DNA of 54,398 bases from Chromera velia (taxonomy: Eukaryota). Under the pieces are notes generated by a model. It saw only the letters and a program-made list of their open reading frames with translations, was not told where the DNA came from and searched no databases. Made by a program: the position numbers and the translations under genes. Shown here in pieces: positions 26,201 to 39,639 of the stretch (position 1 is its first letter; every line of letters begins with the position of its first letter). Location: positions 1 through 54,398 of the forward strand of contig JAHBMJ010000149.1 of assembly GCA_018398765.1 (NCBI GenBank). The letters run 5' to 3'.

Positions 26201-29200
26201 TCGCCGATTTTTCAAAAAGAGGGGGTGGAGATCACAGCCGTGCATAAATGAATTCCAACTGTCTGATTTGTTCCCCTTACCTCACACATTTCATTTCACA
26301 GATGCTGTTCAATTGTACTGAAAGTGACAGGCGAGTACAAAAAGTGGTGCTCGTCCCTTAATTGTCTACAAAATATGCGGGTCCCCTTAAATCCTCATAG
26401 AATGGTAGTTTCGCTGCGGGGTTTTCACCCTTTTTGAATGCTTGCTTCTCTTCTCCACTGCCGGTCTGCAGAGTATGCACATTCTCGGGTCTTCCGACAG
26501 TTCTCTCTGGAGCTCATCATCCAACACGTTCGCCTTTGGGGCCTCCCCACCGAACCTGGACACATTCCACTCGCTGCTCACAGACGCCCAGACGCAGGGA
26601 TACTCCAAACTTGCACTCTTGTACGCGTCTGACAAAACATCCTCAACAGACCTGTGCACAAATGCGAAGGAGTTTGCCGAATGGAGTCTGAGCATGACCA
26701 CAGCTGCCACAGGGACCTATACGGGAACATCCTACTCTACCTCGACATCTGCCTCTGCGATCTCGTCTCTCCTGCAGTCCGCCCAGTCCAACTCTGCAGA
26801 GATTCTTCTGGTCTGCAACAGCGATGATGCTGCAGGGGCAGACAGCGTGGACATCGTCAACGCGATGCAGACGTTGGGATACGATTTCAAAGCAGTGGCC
26901 TTTGTCAGTCGCACATTGTTTCTTGGTGGGAGGGGGTTACGAATAAGTGAAAAATGAAACAGAGACAGACCAAATGCACATACTGAGGGAGGACCGTGTG
27001 TCTTGATTCCTTGCACCCTCTCCTGCCGCTCTCTTTCTGTCAAAGAATATCGCTCTCCCCACATGCACCGTCCTTTTTGTTCATACATACTCCACTACAG
27101 TCTTTTGAAATTCTCTCGCTTGAGCCGCACATCTCATCTTTTGCTTCATCGGGTCTTTCATCCATTAAATGAATTTCTCCAGACGCAGGCACGCATTGGA
27201 TTTCCTAAACGCAGAAGACTCCTGATGGATGTTCTCGTAGGATAAGTTTCTGTCTGTATACAATTTCTCTGGCTGTGTTTTTCCTGCAGGCCTACAACAC
27301 CGTTTCGTTTCCTCTGACGTCCTCCGTGTCCAATTCGACGGCTGCCAGTGCGATTGCCGCCACCAGGTGGGATCCTCTCAGCAGGGGAAGCTTCGACTTT
27401 GTCTTCGGGAGCTCCAGTGGGTTCGTGACGGCATTCAAAAACATGTCAGTCAGTCAAATAGCCAAAGAGGCTTTTTAGTGGAATGGATGCGTTGGTTGAT
27501 AGAGGGTTGGATGCATGAATGGATGGGTGGACAGGAACGTGGGTGGGTAGGTAAGCGGAGGTTGCATGCTGAATGCTCAGCTTGCCTGCTGGAATTCCGG
27601 CTGTTGCATTCCTTGTCTGTTTATGCAAAGACTGCACGTGCCTACTATTCTCTTTTGCCTTCCTTGTGTTCCCGATTCCTGACATCCTTCCCTCCCTCCT
27701 TCCTTCCTCCCTTCAGGTACGGCACCGACCCGGATGAGTATGAAGCAGCAGCAGTAGGTGCGATGAACGCTCTGATGTTTGGACTTTTTAAGACGACCTC
27801 TTGGGACACCACAACCGACGAGAGCACTCGAAACTTCGCATCGAATTCCGCTCTCCTCGTGACGTCACTGGGATCGATGCGAGAGGCCTCGTTTTACGGC
27901 ACTTTGGCATTTGGACGGGACGGGGTCAATAACGGTCGTACTTACTGGCACCTTCAACAGTATGCACTTGACGGCACACGCACTACTGTACTTCCTGAGG
28001 AGGCCGCTCCTTCAGGCATTTCTCCCTCATTTCCCGCAATCTCTTGGGAAGCAAGGACAGGACAAGGGTGCTATCCGGGCACCTATTTCAATGGCACGTC
28101 ATGTGTCAATTGTCCTGCTCATCAATACTCCAACTCCTATGGAGCAACGGCCTGCTCTGACTGCCCTGTTGGCCAAGAGCAGGCATCAGAGGGTCAAACT
28201 TCCTGTAAAGAGTGCCAGAAGGGCTTTGTGAAAGGGAGTGCTTCGGGCAGTGCCTGTTCGTCATGTGGGGCTGGAACTTTCAGCCAGACTACGGGGGCGG
28301 CCTCATGCTCGTCCTGTCCCGCTGGAAGCTATCAGCCCGACGTCGGAGCAACAAACTGCATTCCTTGTCCAGCAGGTCGGCTTGCAAGCAGTTCAAGAAA
28401 GACAAAGAGAGACAATCTAGACCGTCTGGGGGGTTCTTTTGTGCAACATGCAGAGAAAATCTTTCTTGGAGTTTCTTGCTGAGCGTTTTTTTTCGATACC
28501 TGCGTTTCCCCACGCCACTCTTGTAAGCTGTGTCTTCGTGTTAATTCGTTTTGGATCCTTGTGAGAACAGCGCGGGGGGAGACCGACTCTGTCTCTGCGA
28601 TCTTTCTCTGTCGTTGTTCTCATTTTGCATTTCCGTTCTTTCCTTTTGCAGGAAGAGCACAGAGCGAAACCGGCCAATCGTTCTGTGCCCAGTGTGCGGA
28701 CGGGTTCTTTGCCTCAGGAGAGGGGAGCGTGTCGTGTTTTGAGTGCCCAAGGGGGGCGTCTTGCAGGTAGAGAGAGACCGACAGCTGAATTCCACATAAA
28801 TCAAAGATAGACAGATGAGTGCCTTCTTACACTATAATGACATGTGGACTCATATGCCTCATTTCGCTGACCAATCTGCGAGAAAAGCCAAGACAAGAAG
28901 AAGAGCCCTGCTGTAGATCTGTTTTTTATTTATCATACCTTCGGCAAATAAATAACCGTACAAAGCTGACGGACCGGTTTTGTCTTCTTGATTTATTTTT
29001 TGAATTCCGGACGGACAGTCGAGAAGCAAACTAGAACCCTGAACACACTTCAAAGAGAGGGAGCGAGACAAAGGGGGAGGGAGAAAGACAGATGTAGGAA
29101 AAGAATCGCAAGAGTCTCAAAGAGTAGCCAAGATAGATAGAACGACTCATGACCTCTTTCTCTGGCCCTGTATCTTTCTGCCCCGCTTTGCGACTCCTCT

Positions 29201-32135
29201 GCAGCAACGCTACTGAGCAAGTGACTCCTGTCGCCACGCAAGGTTACTACATGATTTTGGGTCTGAAGGCCGACGAGTTCACAGTACCGAATGTAACGGA
29301 AAGAAGGAGAAGAAGGAGGATGGACGCCATAGAGGCCAGACGAATGGATTCCACCGAGGCCTCGATTGCAGGGGGGGAGGGTGTGTCGTATCTGTTCAGA
29401 TGTTCTCGACCTGATGATTGTGTGGGAGCGAATCAATGCATTGACGGTGCGAACTCCAATTCTCTTCTCTGTCGTCGGTGTGTGTCGACGTCTTTTCGAA
29501 CGTCAGCCATCACTCCCTGCAGAGCCTGTCCTCCTATCTGGGGTGTGGCACTTCAACTGCTCGGCTGTCTGTTGGTCATGGCCTTTCTTGTCTGGCTTTT
29601 GACCTCTCTCTCAAGAGTTCTGTTTCTCGCCACAGGACCCACAACACTCAGCGCCATGTCGCCCTTCAGAGACGCACAGTGGGTGAAGCCCAAATGGTCT
29701 CTCGAACACGGAAGGGGGTGGGAGGAAGCGGGGGATGGGAGCGGGGTAGATAACGACGAAGGCCTGTACGCATATGACTTTCTCTTGGCTTCACAGCACC
29801 CTGTGCTTCTGCCAAGTCTCCGTGTGTTGGTGAATTGGTGGGAGATGACAACGGTGGCGATGGCGGTTCTCGCAGAGGTCGCTCTGCAGAGCACAGATGC
29901 GGCTGTGCAGGTGGAAGCCGCCACACGCTCGTTCATCTACGGGTTTGCAGAGTTTCTTGTCCTCCTGAACCCTTTTCGGGTCGGTTGGGTGATACATCCA
30001 TCAATACGGATCTCCTTTATTCTGATATTCTCCCTCGATGTGTTCCTTACAGGAACTCTGAGAGATGCACACACAGATATCTTTGCAAGGGATGGATGAA
30101 CGGTTTTTGAGGCCGCAAGTAGCCAATCTTCTTGTTTTTCGCATGTGTCCGCACGATGCAATCAGTACTGAAGATCACCCCGCTTATCAATGTTGCAGTC
30201 GGTGGTTGTGGATTGTCCCCTCAATTGGTTTTACATTGGAAGTGGTCTGGAAGGTTTCTTTTCTTCTTTCGTTTTCTTGTATTGTAGCTTCCTTGTGTTC
30301 TCCTCATTCCCAGCGTCCTATGTGTCTCTCAGGGTTCACTGTGTTTGAAGGTCGAATGGGTTGAAATCAATGCCACATGACATCATTGATTTTCCCACAT
30401 TTCTCTTCTCCCCTTCCCTTTGGTCTCTCCTTCCACGTGCAGACAGTTTTCCTTCTTGACTGTCTGATTGGGGATGGATCCGCGTATCCCCCCTCCTTCA
30501 TATACACGGTGATGGCAACCTGCGTCCCCGCAGTCATCGCAGCGGTCTGCTGGGCCTTCCTGTTCGTTTCATGGAGGAAAAGTGCGAAGAGTGACAGGAC
30601 AGAAAAATTACCGAAAGTTCGCATGGTGAAGCAAAAAGGCGCAGGAGGGGCACTACAAAAGGCCCCAGGCGCAGGAAGCCGTAGGAGCCCCGGCCATCAA
30701 AGAGGCAGATCCGCGCCTGCACCCGCACAGAAGGAAGAAGAGATAGAAGAGATTCCAGTCTACGCAGACCCCTACACACTCACACAACTCCCACCCGGCC
30801 CTCCTCCCGGCAGTGCGCAGAACATGTCACGCAGCATGTTCAGCGGACACAACACTGCACAGAGCCTTGCAGACCGTCTGAAAAGCAACGCCGCATTCCA
30901 ACGAGACAAGGCGGATCCCCGTGCCAGTCAGGGAGGGGCAGAAGAAGACATGCCGAGGTTGTTCTCCCCCCCTCCCCTCACACAGACACAGGCAGGAATC
31001 CGACCCTCCTCTCCAGGCACCCTCATGAGACGGAGGTCCCTCGTTGCTGCTGCTGCCGGGGACACCAACAAGACCGAGGCAGACCGTCACATATCCGGCA
31101 AGACGTCCCGACATTTCTGCGCATTCTGTGTGGTCCTGTTCTACCTATGTCAGTCAGCCAGTTGAACCAGGAACCAATGATTGTGCTGCACCGAAGACCC
31201 ATCTGTTATTCTTATCGTATGGATATTCTTCTGACCTGCGCTAAAGTTTGAGTACGTGTGTGGGTGTGTTGGACCTCAGCATCTGATGTCTTGGAATTAC
31301 ATTCCATGATTTTCTCCACATGCTTGAAGTATGACAGAATGTCTGTCCACACACACACGCACACACACACACACACACACACACTTGCAGCAGCACACAG
31401 AAGGTGCACCTGGACATCTCGTGCTACGTCTGTGTGCATATTGAAGCACGTTGACATGTATGCCTGCGAAGATGTATGTGTCCATCCCTCCTGATGCACA
31501 AATGCAGGGCACCCGAGCCTTGTCAGCTACCTCTTTGAAGTCCAGCAATGCGAATTTCTGGATGCCTGGCGGCTCCGGAGCTTCCCTGCTGTGATCTGCT
31601 ACGAGAATTCTGTGGGAGAGGATGGGAGGAGATACGACCACTTTGGCATCAGAGCAGGCAGCATTGTGGGGTTGACGCTGTGGGGGTTTTTGCTTCCGGT
31701 CTCCCTTGGGACAGTTCTTTACTTTTGGGGTCAGAGGAGGGAGTTTCGGTTTTCCAAGGACTTCCTGGGCGTCTTCTCGTTCTTCACAGGTCTGTCAGTC
31801 AGCTGACGTTAGATGTGAATGGAGAACCGTCGTTTTCCCTTTTATTAATGTACGTTTTTGAGACAGTCTGTGAAGGAGCGGGGGCGTTTTAGAAGAAGAA
31901 ACACTAAAGACAGGTGTGGGTGTGGAAGGAGGGGGGTCAGCCGAACCATGCAATTCTCTTTTCCGTTCCCACGCCTTATGTCCACGGATTTACGAGGCCG
32001 TCCCGTGCGCTGGTGCCTCCACCTCGCATCACACGTTCTTTGCTTCTACAGAAACACGCGACCGCTTTTACTTGACCTCATCGTGTGCCTCTATCTGTGT
32101 CTATCGTGTGCCTCTATCTGTGTCTATCTGTTCCC

Positions 32136-32175
<40 letters not shown>

Positions 32176-32198
32176 CCGTGTGTGTGTGTGTCTGCGTA

Positions 32199-32248
<50 letters not shown>

Positions 32249-35200
32249 CAGTGGGATACAGAGCTCAGACACTCGGCTGGGAGGCCTGGGTGATGGTCCG
32301 CAGGGCCGCTCTCCTCTGTATGCCCGTGTGGTCAGTCAGTCAGTCAATCTGCACTCACGCCTGTCCGTCTGTGTGTGCGTGCGTCAATCCGCAATACTTC
32401 TGAGAAGAGGAAGCAGTACGTCTTTCTCAGGAGTTTTTGAGTACCTCTAGGACGTCCCCTTTTTTGTTTTTTCCTCCCATCCGCCCTCTCGCTCTTCCCG
32501 AGGGCCAACGCTTCCATTCTAATGTCGTTGCTTGTGCATTGATCCTTTTGTTTCTTGTACCATCTTTAGAGTTCCCACTCAGACTGACGATTAAGAAGAC
32601 TGTCGATTGACAGAAGAGGCTCTCTTAGTCTTCTGTACAGATATCGGGCAACCTTCTGTATTATCCCTGTACATCCTTCTTTTCATCTCATAAACTCACG
32701 CTTGCAGGTTGGGCATCTCCACTCGTTTGAATCTCTACGTCCTTCTCTCGGCCCTTTTCCTGGTCGTGCACCTGATATGGAGACCCCACACTCTGGCCTT
32801 CAACAGGATGGCGGGGTTCCTCGAGGCTGTCTCCCTCGGTTCTGTCTTCCTCACCTTCCTCACTGCTAGATTCATCCACGTGCTCTTCCTCAATAGCGAC
32901 CCAGTGTTTCATCAGACACTCGCCCTGAGCCCCCTAGAGAGATATGCCTATCAAGACGCGACAACAAAGGTCTTTGTGGCAATCCTCTGTGCAGTCGCAC
33001 TCGGGGTGCAGTTCTATTTTGGTCTCATGCTCTTGTACACAGCAGTTGTGTGCAACGATCGCAGTGTGGCGATACGCACGAACTCGAAGATTTTGAAGAA
33101 CAAGAGAGTGAGGGCGGTAGTCGAGAGAACTTTCCCCCCGAATAATTTGGTGTTTTTGAATCCCGACGGGTCTCTGGACATCCATAGGCTCTCTGCTCAA
33201 GAAAGAAAGTTCCTGTCTGCCGTGCTCGGGCAGATGCTCCAAGAAGCCATGGACGTCTCAGAGAAACAAGGAATCAAAACGAAAAACCAAAGACGGGTCA
33301 GACACTCTCGTCGCGAGACGAGTGAACAGGGGGGGGATCTCCAGTCATCAGGGAGATTGGGGGGCACTTGGGGAGGGGGGATGAGAAAGAAAAAGGCGAC
33401 AAATTTGGCAGCAGTAGAGACGTTGCACTGGATGATGCGTCCTGATTTTGCTTCTGATTTGGAGCATGAGAAGAAGAAGAGGGAGAGGGAGGATGAGGAG
33501 ACAAGATTCATGCAGGCACGAAGAGCCTCTCTTGCAGCCCCTCCTGATATCCTCAAGGGGACATTGGGTGTATCAGGGTTTGATGAAAAGAACAGAGAGG
33601 TCCTCTCTCAAGAGCAAGCCGTCAAAGCGCGTCGCACCTTTTATTTGGAAGTCGTCAGAGAAGCGATCGAATTTGCTTTCGAAGAAAAGCAACGATGTTT
33701 CTTTGCCCTTCTCTCTGGAACTGAGTTCCGAGACCCTTCCCATTTCCTCACACTCACGCGTTGGATGAAGCAGAGAGCCTTGAAAAAACGATCCTTTCAC
33801 TTCAATGATGATGACGAGGCAGACCGAAATGCAGCGTTTGTGGCAGCCAACCCATGGACTGTCACAAGCCCATTCGATGCCGAGTATGAGAAGTTGAGGG
33901 GGTCAGAAGAGGGAACAAGATTGGCTGAAAGGCGTGTGGCTTTGAGGGGAAAGCTGACAATTGGATGTACAGTGGAGGAAATTGAATTTGCCCTCAGAGC
34001 CCAAGAACCCCGTCTACGTCATCTCCTCGCGACTCTCGGCATTCTCGCCAGAGGCCCAGAGGATATGTTCCCTCTTCACAACACCCAGCCAAGCAGGGGG
34101 GGAACCAGGGGGTTCAGATCGATGACAAATCTTACAGAGAGTAGAAGAGGCCTGGAGAAAGAAAAAACGCGAATGCTGATGGAATCGTTCTCCCAGTTCC
34201 CCCCCCCCGAGGCTGTAGGTCTTGCGGGTGCCAACAGAAGAGGGTCTATGACCAAGTCCATATTCGAACAAACGGCAGGCCCCCTCCCTGATGAGGGCAC
34301 AGAACCAGACGACAACATCCAACCCGTCGCTGCCACCACAGCAGCCGCTCGTTCCATGCGTGAGGTTGCAACCCCCGCATCCTCCCTACCCCCCGAACAA
34401 GCCGACCTAGACACATTCCAAGGATTCCCTCCGACAACACACCCCCCACCAGATGACCCCTTCCCTCCAGCCCCCCCCGAGGCACCAGGCCCCAACGACT
34501 CCGGTGCGTTCTTTGCCGATGAAGGTGAGAGAGGTGCATTCCAGTCGGTGGGGATGCATGAACGCGCCCTCAGTCTCAGTTTGAGTGCCTCTGGAGTCAG
34601 CTCCCTGCCCTACACCCGAGAGATGTCCGAACTCAGCAGAACTCACTCAAGAGAAGAACCCCCCGACGGACCTGCACCCCCCGCACCCGGGGTCTCTGTC
34701 AAATATTCCATCCCGGAGGCCCATATCCTCTCTCTGTCCCCCTCGGGCTCCCGCAAGGTGTCAATGCTGCCGGTAGAGACCCGACACCATGAGGAAATGG
34801 GGGAGGAGACACTCCCTCCAGGAGCTGTGCCGCTCTCTGAGGAGAAATGCCCCCCACTGCCTTGTCACTTCATTCGTTCCGACCCGAAGAGCCGTCTCCC
34901 CCCCATAGTCGAGGAAGGGCGAGTGGAGGCACTCGCAACGGAGACCCCCCTTCCTGTTGGAGGCACCCGTCTCCTCCCTCCACCCGGTTCTTCCCAGTCT
35001 CGTCTGAACGTCCCAAGAGGCAAAACAATAAACCCGAGTCAACGTGCAGCGCAGAAGGAGAGTGCAGGTCCAAAGCGGCCACCTGCAGCTCCCCTGTCGA
35101 GCACTGTGCAACAATCCCAAACGTCACGTATCCAGCATCCTCGACCACGAGACAGAAATGCAAGTGAACGTCTCCCAAGTAACGAAGGACCCTCAAAAGA

Positions 35201-36452
35201 CCGGAATGCGAATTCTCTTGGATCTCCAACTTTCATGACCCCTTCGCAGCCACGCGATACCTCCCCGCCCTTACCTCCTTCCCGCCTTCCCCCTTCGCTC
35301 CTTTCCGGAATCCACCACAACCAGCCAGCAGCGCCTCCCCTGATAGTCAAGCCCCCTCCTCCTTTCCGCAGGGTGAGTGCAGTCGAAACTTCTCCCCTTG
35401 CACTAGCAGAGGAGAGGGCTCCCAAGCCTCCTACCACCGAAACCGCCCCAGCACCTGCCCCCCCAGAGAGCGAGCCCACTGCCTTCCTCATCATGCGGGG
35501 CGCCTCCACACAGCCGTTGAATTGCTTTCCCGAGTCACGTGCGTCTGTAGGATCTTCAGAAGGCACACCAAACGGTAACAGAAAAACAACAGTGCGCATC
35601 GTGGACAAAAATTCAGATGCAAGGCTGTCGGGTGACCCTCCTGTTTTTGACGTTAACGGGAGGGAGCCCTCGGGTGATTGGTCTCTTCAAGAGCATTTCT
35701 CTGCGACCGAGTCATGGAATCTGCAGCATAACAGAGGCGTTGCCCCCTCAGTCTGCGGATGTTGCAGAGCACGCGCTGGGCTCTCCCCCACGTCCTGTGT
35801 TTTGATGCCCGGACAAGGGAGAGGAGGTGGCAGTCCTGTTCTGAATCAAGGCAGTCAGCAGAACCCCGCGGGGGGATTGCAGGGGGGAAGGAAAAAGACC
35901 TCCTTCGACCTTGCATATGAGCCGAAGAGGACGACTGCCGCAGGGCACTTCCGCCCTGTGCATGAATCAGAAGAGCCCCCCCAGGGCGCGCGGAGTAGGC
36001 CTCGACGGGAGGAAAGCGTCAGGGGTGACTCGAGAAGGGGGGACAGCGTCAGGGGTGACTCGAGAAGGGGGGACAGCGTCAGGGGTTACTCAAGAAGGGA
36101 GGAAAGTCTTAGGGGTGACTCGAGAAGGGGAGACAGCGTGAGTGGTGACTCGAGAAGGGGGGACAGCGTCAGGAGTCACTCGAGAGAGGACGTTATTGAC
36201 AGCAGGGGTGATCGGATGTCTCTCCTGTCTCATAGCTCGCAGCAGCTCCCGCCTCCAAGTCGAAGCCGCGAGGGTCAGATGCTCGAGTCGAGGATGACAG
36301 TTGGAAGGTCAACGAGGCAGTCAGAGACGGGGAGGGGGTCGGTCACTGCCACGTTGACAGAGACGTCGTCATACTCCCAGGTTACAACATCCAACGAGAG
36401 GAGATTGAGCTCTTTAAGAGAAAACGCTCCGCCCTTCACTGGTTTCCGATAG
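25633..36452 (+). CDS. Large receptor-like membrane protein: signal peptide + type-1 periplasmic-binding (Venus flytrap) domain + GCC2/GCC3 Cys repeats + 9-TM CRMP-type domain + disordered tail; ~2468 aa, 10 exons
   Basis: Exons 25633-26091, 26472-26903, 27290-27444, 27717-28375, 28652-28766, 29205-29979, 30443-31148, 31508-31789, 32252-32330 and 32708-36452 are all GT-AG and phase-compatible (7407 nt). Motifs: FKIGFVCPLTG...IGQKMYRGLLLWVDYVN (LivJ/ANF-receptor type); repeated C-x2-C-P-x-G-x-[YF]; WHPSLVSYLFEVQQC...VICY; FSFFTVGY...GWEAWVMVRR; WRPH...FLEAVSL. Confidence 0.85.
36001..36190 (+). repeat. 30-bp coding tandem repeat (SRRGDSVRGD x ~6)
   Basis: Unit tcgagaaggggggacagcgtcaggggtgac lies within the last exon of the receptor gene. 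Confidence 0.9.
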
Positions 36453-37224
36453 CATGGTGACCAGGTGACGGCGCAAGCAGCTCAGCAAGTGGCAATGTCA
36501 TCATCAGAATAGTGATCGATTGATTCATTGACCAGTTGATTGAGTGATTAATTAATTGACTGGTGAATCCGTGTTTTACAAACACTATAAATGCTAGTAT
36601 TTCTGTGTATCTCTAGCTATATCTAGCTCTGTATGCGCATCTTTTACAGGGAAAACATTTAAGGAAAGGGAATAATACTAATTTTCCCAAATAATAATAA
36701 TAATTTTTCTAAACTATTTTATTTTTATGTATTTTCCTATATTTTCCCCTTACTTTGAAGTTATAACGGCGGTTGTTTTGGTTTTGTACTACTACTATAT
36801 ATTTAAATGATATTTTTAACTAGATTTTTAAGTGTTGCGCAACTGTTTAGACGTGTGCACATGTGCTTGACCGGCGTTTTAAAAATCTAGTAAAAAATAA
36901 TCATTGTTCTAAACTATGCATGCATGGTTACTATGTAGTCAATTTGTTTTTTAATATTACCTGTCTATACGTAGTATGCTTCGGACATCATTTCTTAGGA
37001 TAGTTCTCACTATGCTCAGTATATAGACCTAGGCATGGTTTATACATACATACATTCTTACATACATTCTGGACTTGGAGAATATAATGTATATACACAA
37101 TGTATATAAACATCATTTTAAAAAAATAGTAGAGTAATCAACTCATTACTAAATTAGTTCTAATAAAATGTCTAGTAACATATACACACTAATATAAATT
37201 ATATACTTTGTATATAAAATTCTA

Positions 37225-37760
37225 TTGGCAGTCGACTTGTCAATTCTCAAGAGCCCTCTATCTACCTCTATCTCAGCCTCTATCCCTTCTTCACACTGCA
37301 ACGATCACACCAGTCTTCTTGTCAAAAAAAAACATATGTTTTGCGTCCTCTGCGATTGTGGGCTTCCCATCTACCCAGGTAAGACGGACTTGGGGAATGA
37401 ACCACAGAACCTTGCCGAATTTAGCAGAGTGCGCAGCAATGGCACCTTCATCAGAGCTATTAATCAGCTGGTCCCCGCCTGCAAAATACATAACCCCGTC
37501 CTTGTAGAACTTTGAATGCATCCCACCCCTCCTCGAGGGTCTCGGCTACATCTGCAAGGAGGGTCTGTATATTGTCGTCCTCGATTTTTTGTCCTCCTTA
37601 TCCTCGTCTCCTTCTTTCTCATCCTCCTCATCTTCATCTTCTTCATCAGATGTGCAAGACTGTTCATCCTCATTCTTGAAGCCAGAACGGGCTTGCAAGT
37701 TCTTTGAAATCACAGCTGTCCTACTTAAAGTTTTTTTGGCAGCTTTTTGTATGAAATGTT
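37225..37760 (-). pseudogene. Decayed intronless ORF remnant with acidic tract, inside an AT-rich island
   Basis: Reads across two frameshifts and several stops: HFIQKAAKK...DEEDEDEEDEKEGDEDKEDK / IEDDNIQTLLADVAETLEEGW / MHSKFYKDGVMYFAGG...KVLWFIPQVRLTWVDGKP...GVIVAV*EGIEAEIEVE*. Family not recognised. Confidence 0.45.
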
Positions 37761-38269
37761 ATAGTCTCCTCCTTGTTTATCACCTAGCTTATCATGTACC
37801 AGCTTTGTCACTAGTATATAGTAATAGACCAACTACTAAACTTACTATACAAACTAGTATATAAAGTTGACCTAGAACTTGACTAAAAACTTAAGTGGCA
37901 TTGTTTCAGGCTTTGTCAGGAATTTCATTTTGAAAATAACTTTTGCAACATTAGTTTACATACATTATATACATACATATATACATACATACATACATTC
38001 TTGATGGACAGAATTTAATGTATGTATTTATATATAAACCACACCTAGATATAGATATGTTGTTAATTAATAAAAAGTCTATAGTAAAAAGTAACAATTT
38101 CTTTTGATTGTATTATTAACTAGACTCAGGGCCGATTTTCTATATTTTTATTGTATGTGGGATAATTAGAATGCCCAAATGAGAAAAGTTAATGAGAATA
38201 ATATTTTGGAATCCCTAATTCCCAATTGGGAGGCAGAGGTGTTAAAGACTTGGCGCTTTACATAGTAAA

Positions 38270-38376
38270 CGCCGGGTTTGCCGGGTCGGGCGAAGGCCGA
38301 CCTGGTAGCTAGACCCAGCTCAAACCCGGCGCGCCGGGGAGCGGCCAAAGGCCACAACCTGGCGCGTCATATCTAG
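38270..38376 (+). mobile_element. GC-rich multi-hairpin element; two hairpin+CTAG units resembling Helitron 3' ends
   Basis: ccgggtcgg-gcgaagg-ccgacctgg-tag-CTAG (38281-38312) and cgcgccggg...cctggcgcg-tcatat-CTAG (38330-38376), plus the 11-bp inverted repeat cgccgggtttg/caaacccggcg. Confidence 0.45.
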
Positions 38377-39639
38377 GACATTCGAGGACAAAGAGACAGA
38401 CCCGGCTCCAAAAAGTTGCACGAACTGATTGACTATCTAAGTCCAGCATACGTCATGAAGAACATGTCATAATTGAAATCATCTGACAGCTGGAAAGAGT
38501 TGAATCATCTCTAGAAAAGGGAAGAGGTGGAATGCATGAGGGACTCTGAGTGGAGAGAAATGAGTTTGGATGTGTATTAGTGTGTGTTACGGTATTAATA
38601 TCTTTATGTGTGTTCGATCTAGTGTGTCGTACTAGTGATCGGTAGGAGTGAAAGTAAAAAAACACGGTAGCCGGTTGTGTAAAAAAAGCTAGAAAGATAT
38701 ATTTCTGCTTATAGAAAAACGTGGTGATCATTCATGAGAGGGTGAAGTGATTGAAAAGAAGTAGAAGAGCTAGATGTGAGCCATTTCGAACTTCAAACAT
38801 TTTTTTCTAGATTTTTTTCTATATGTCAAAAACTTACTAAGTGTATACAAAGCAGTATTTTTCTGGATAACAATTCTGAAACTCGATCAAAGATTTCAAA
38901 TCGATGTGAACACCAATTAACTTTACATAAACATTTAACGGTTTTAAGCTCAATATTAAAACTAGTATTAAAAACATAATTGGAAATTTGGTTTTCCAAT
39001 TGGAAATCTAATTTTTCAATTGGAAATCATCTATTGGAAATCATATACTGTGCATTCTTTTCGATCTATACAATTCTAAAATTTAGCCAATGATTTCTAG
39101 TGATATACTTACCTTGATCTAATACTTGACGATAGTCACGATACTAAGATTTGTACGACATCCAGCTTCAAATAAAGCTCTATGAATTGAAAAACAAAAA
39201 AACAAACGAAAGGCAGAAGGCTTACAAAGCCCACAGGAGCTTAGATTGCAGAAAAAAATATAACAGAGGCTGGAAATTCAATGCCCTAATCCCTCTCTCC
39301 AGGCTCCCGCCCTCTCTCCCTCCTTTTGCTCCGCACTCCTTTAATCGTCCATTAAGGCACCTAGTTAAGGCACTTTAGCCCTCAACACAACACACTAGCA
39401 TGAAACAACACTGCCAGCTCCTTGAATGACCAGGAGGCCTGACTGAGAACCACATTTTCAAGAAAGCCGATAGTATAACTGTTTATACAGGCCCACCACC
39501 TACGAGTACCCATTAATATTGGCAACCGTTAAATTCAAGTTCTTTCATCATTCTACGACTCGGAGGTTCAAATGTACCCACTATGTTATCCCTCTTTGCC
39601 CCGGAAGTTCCCCCCTTGGCCCCCTCCTCCCCCCTCATG

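Noticed and set aside
26302..26330. Possible 29-nt micro-exon with a GC donor in the receptor gene
   Set aside because: It would break the phase. Joining 26091 directly to 26472 is in frame and gives a sensible VFT-like sequence.
29540..33050. Calling the receptor a true class C GPCR
   Set aside because: I count nine hydrophobic segments with CRMP/TRP-like motifs, not the 7tm_3 signature; the resemblance is architectural only.
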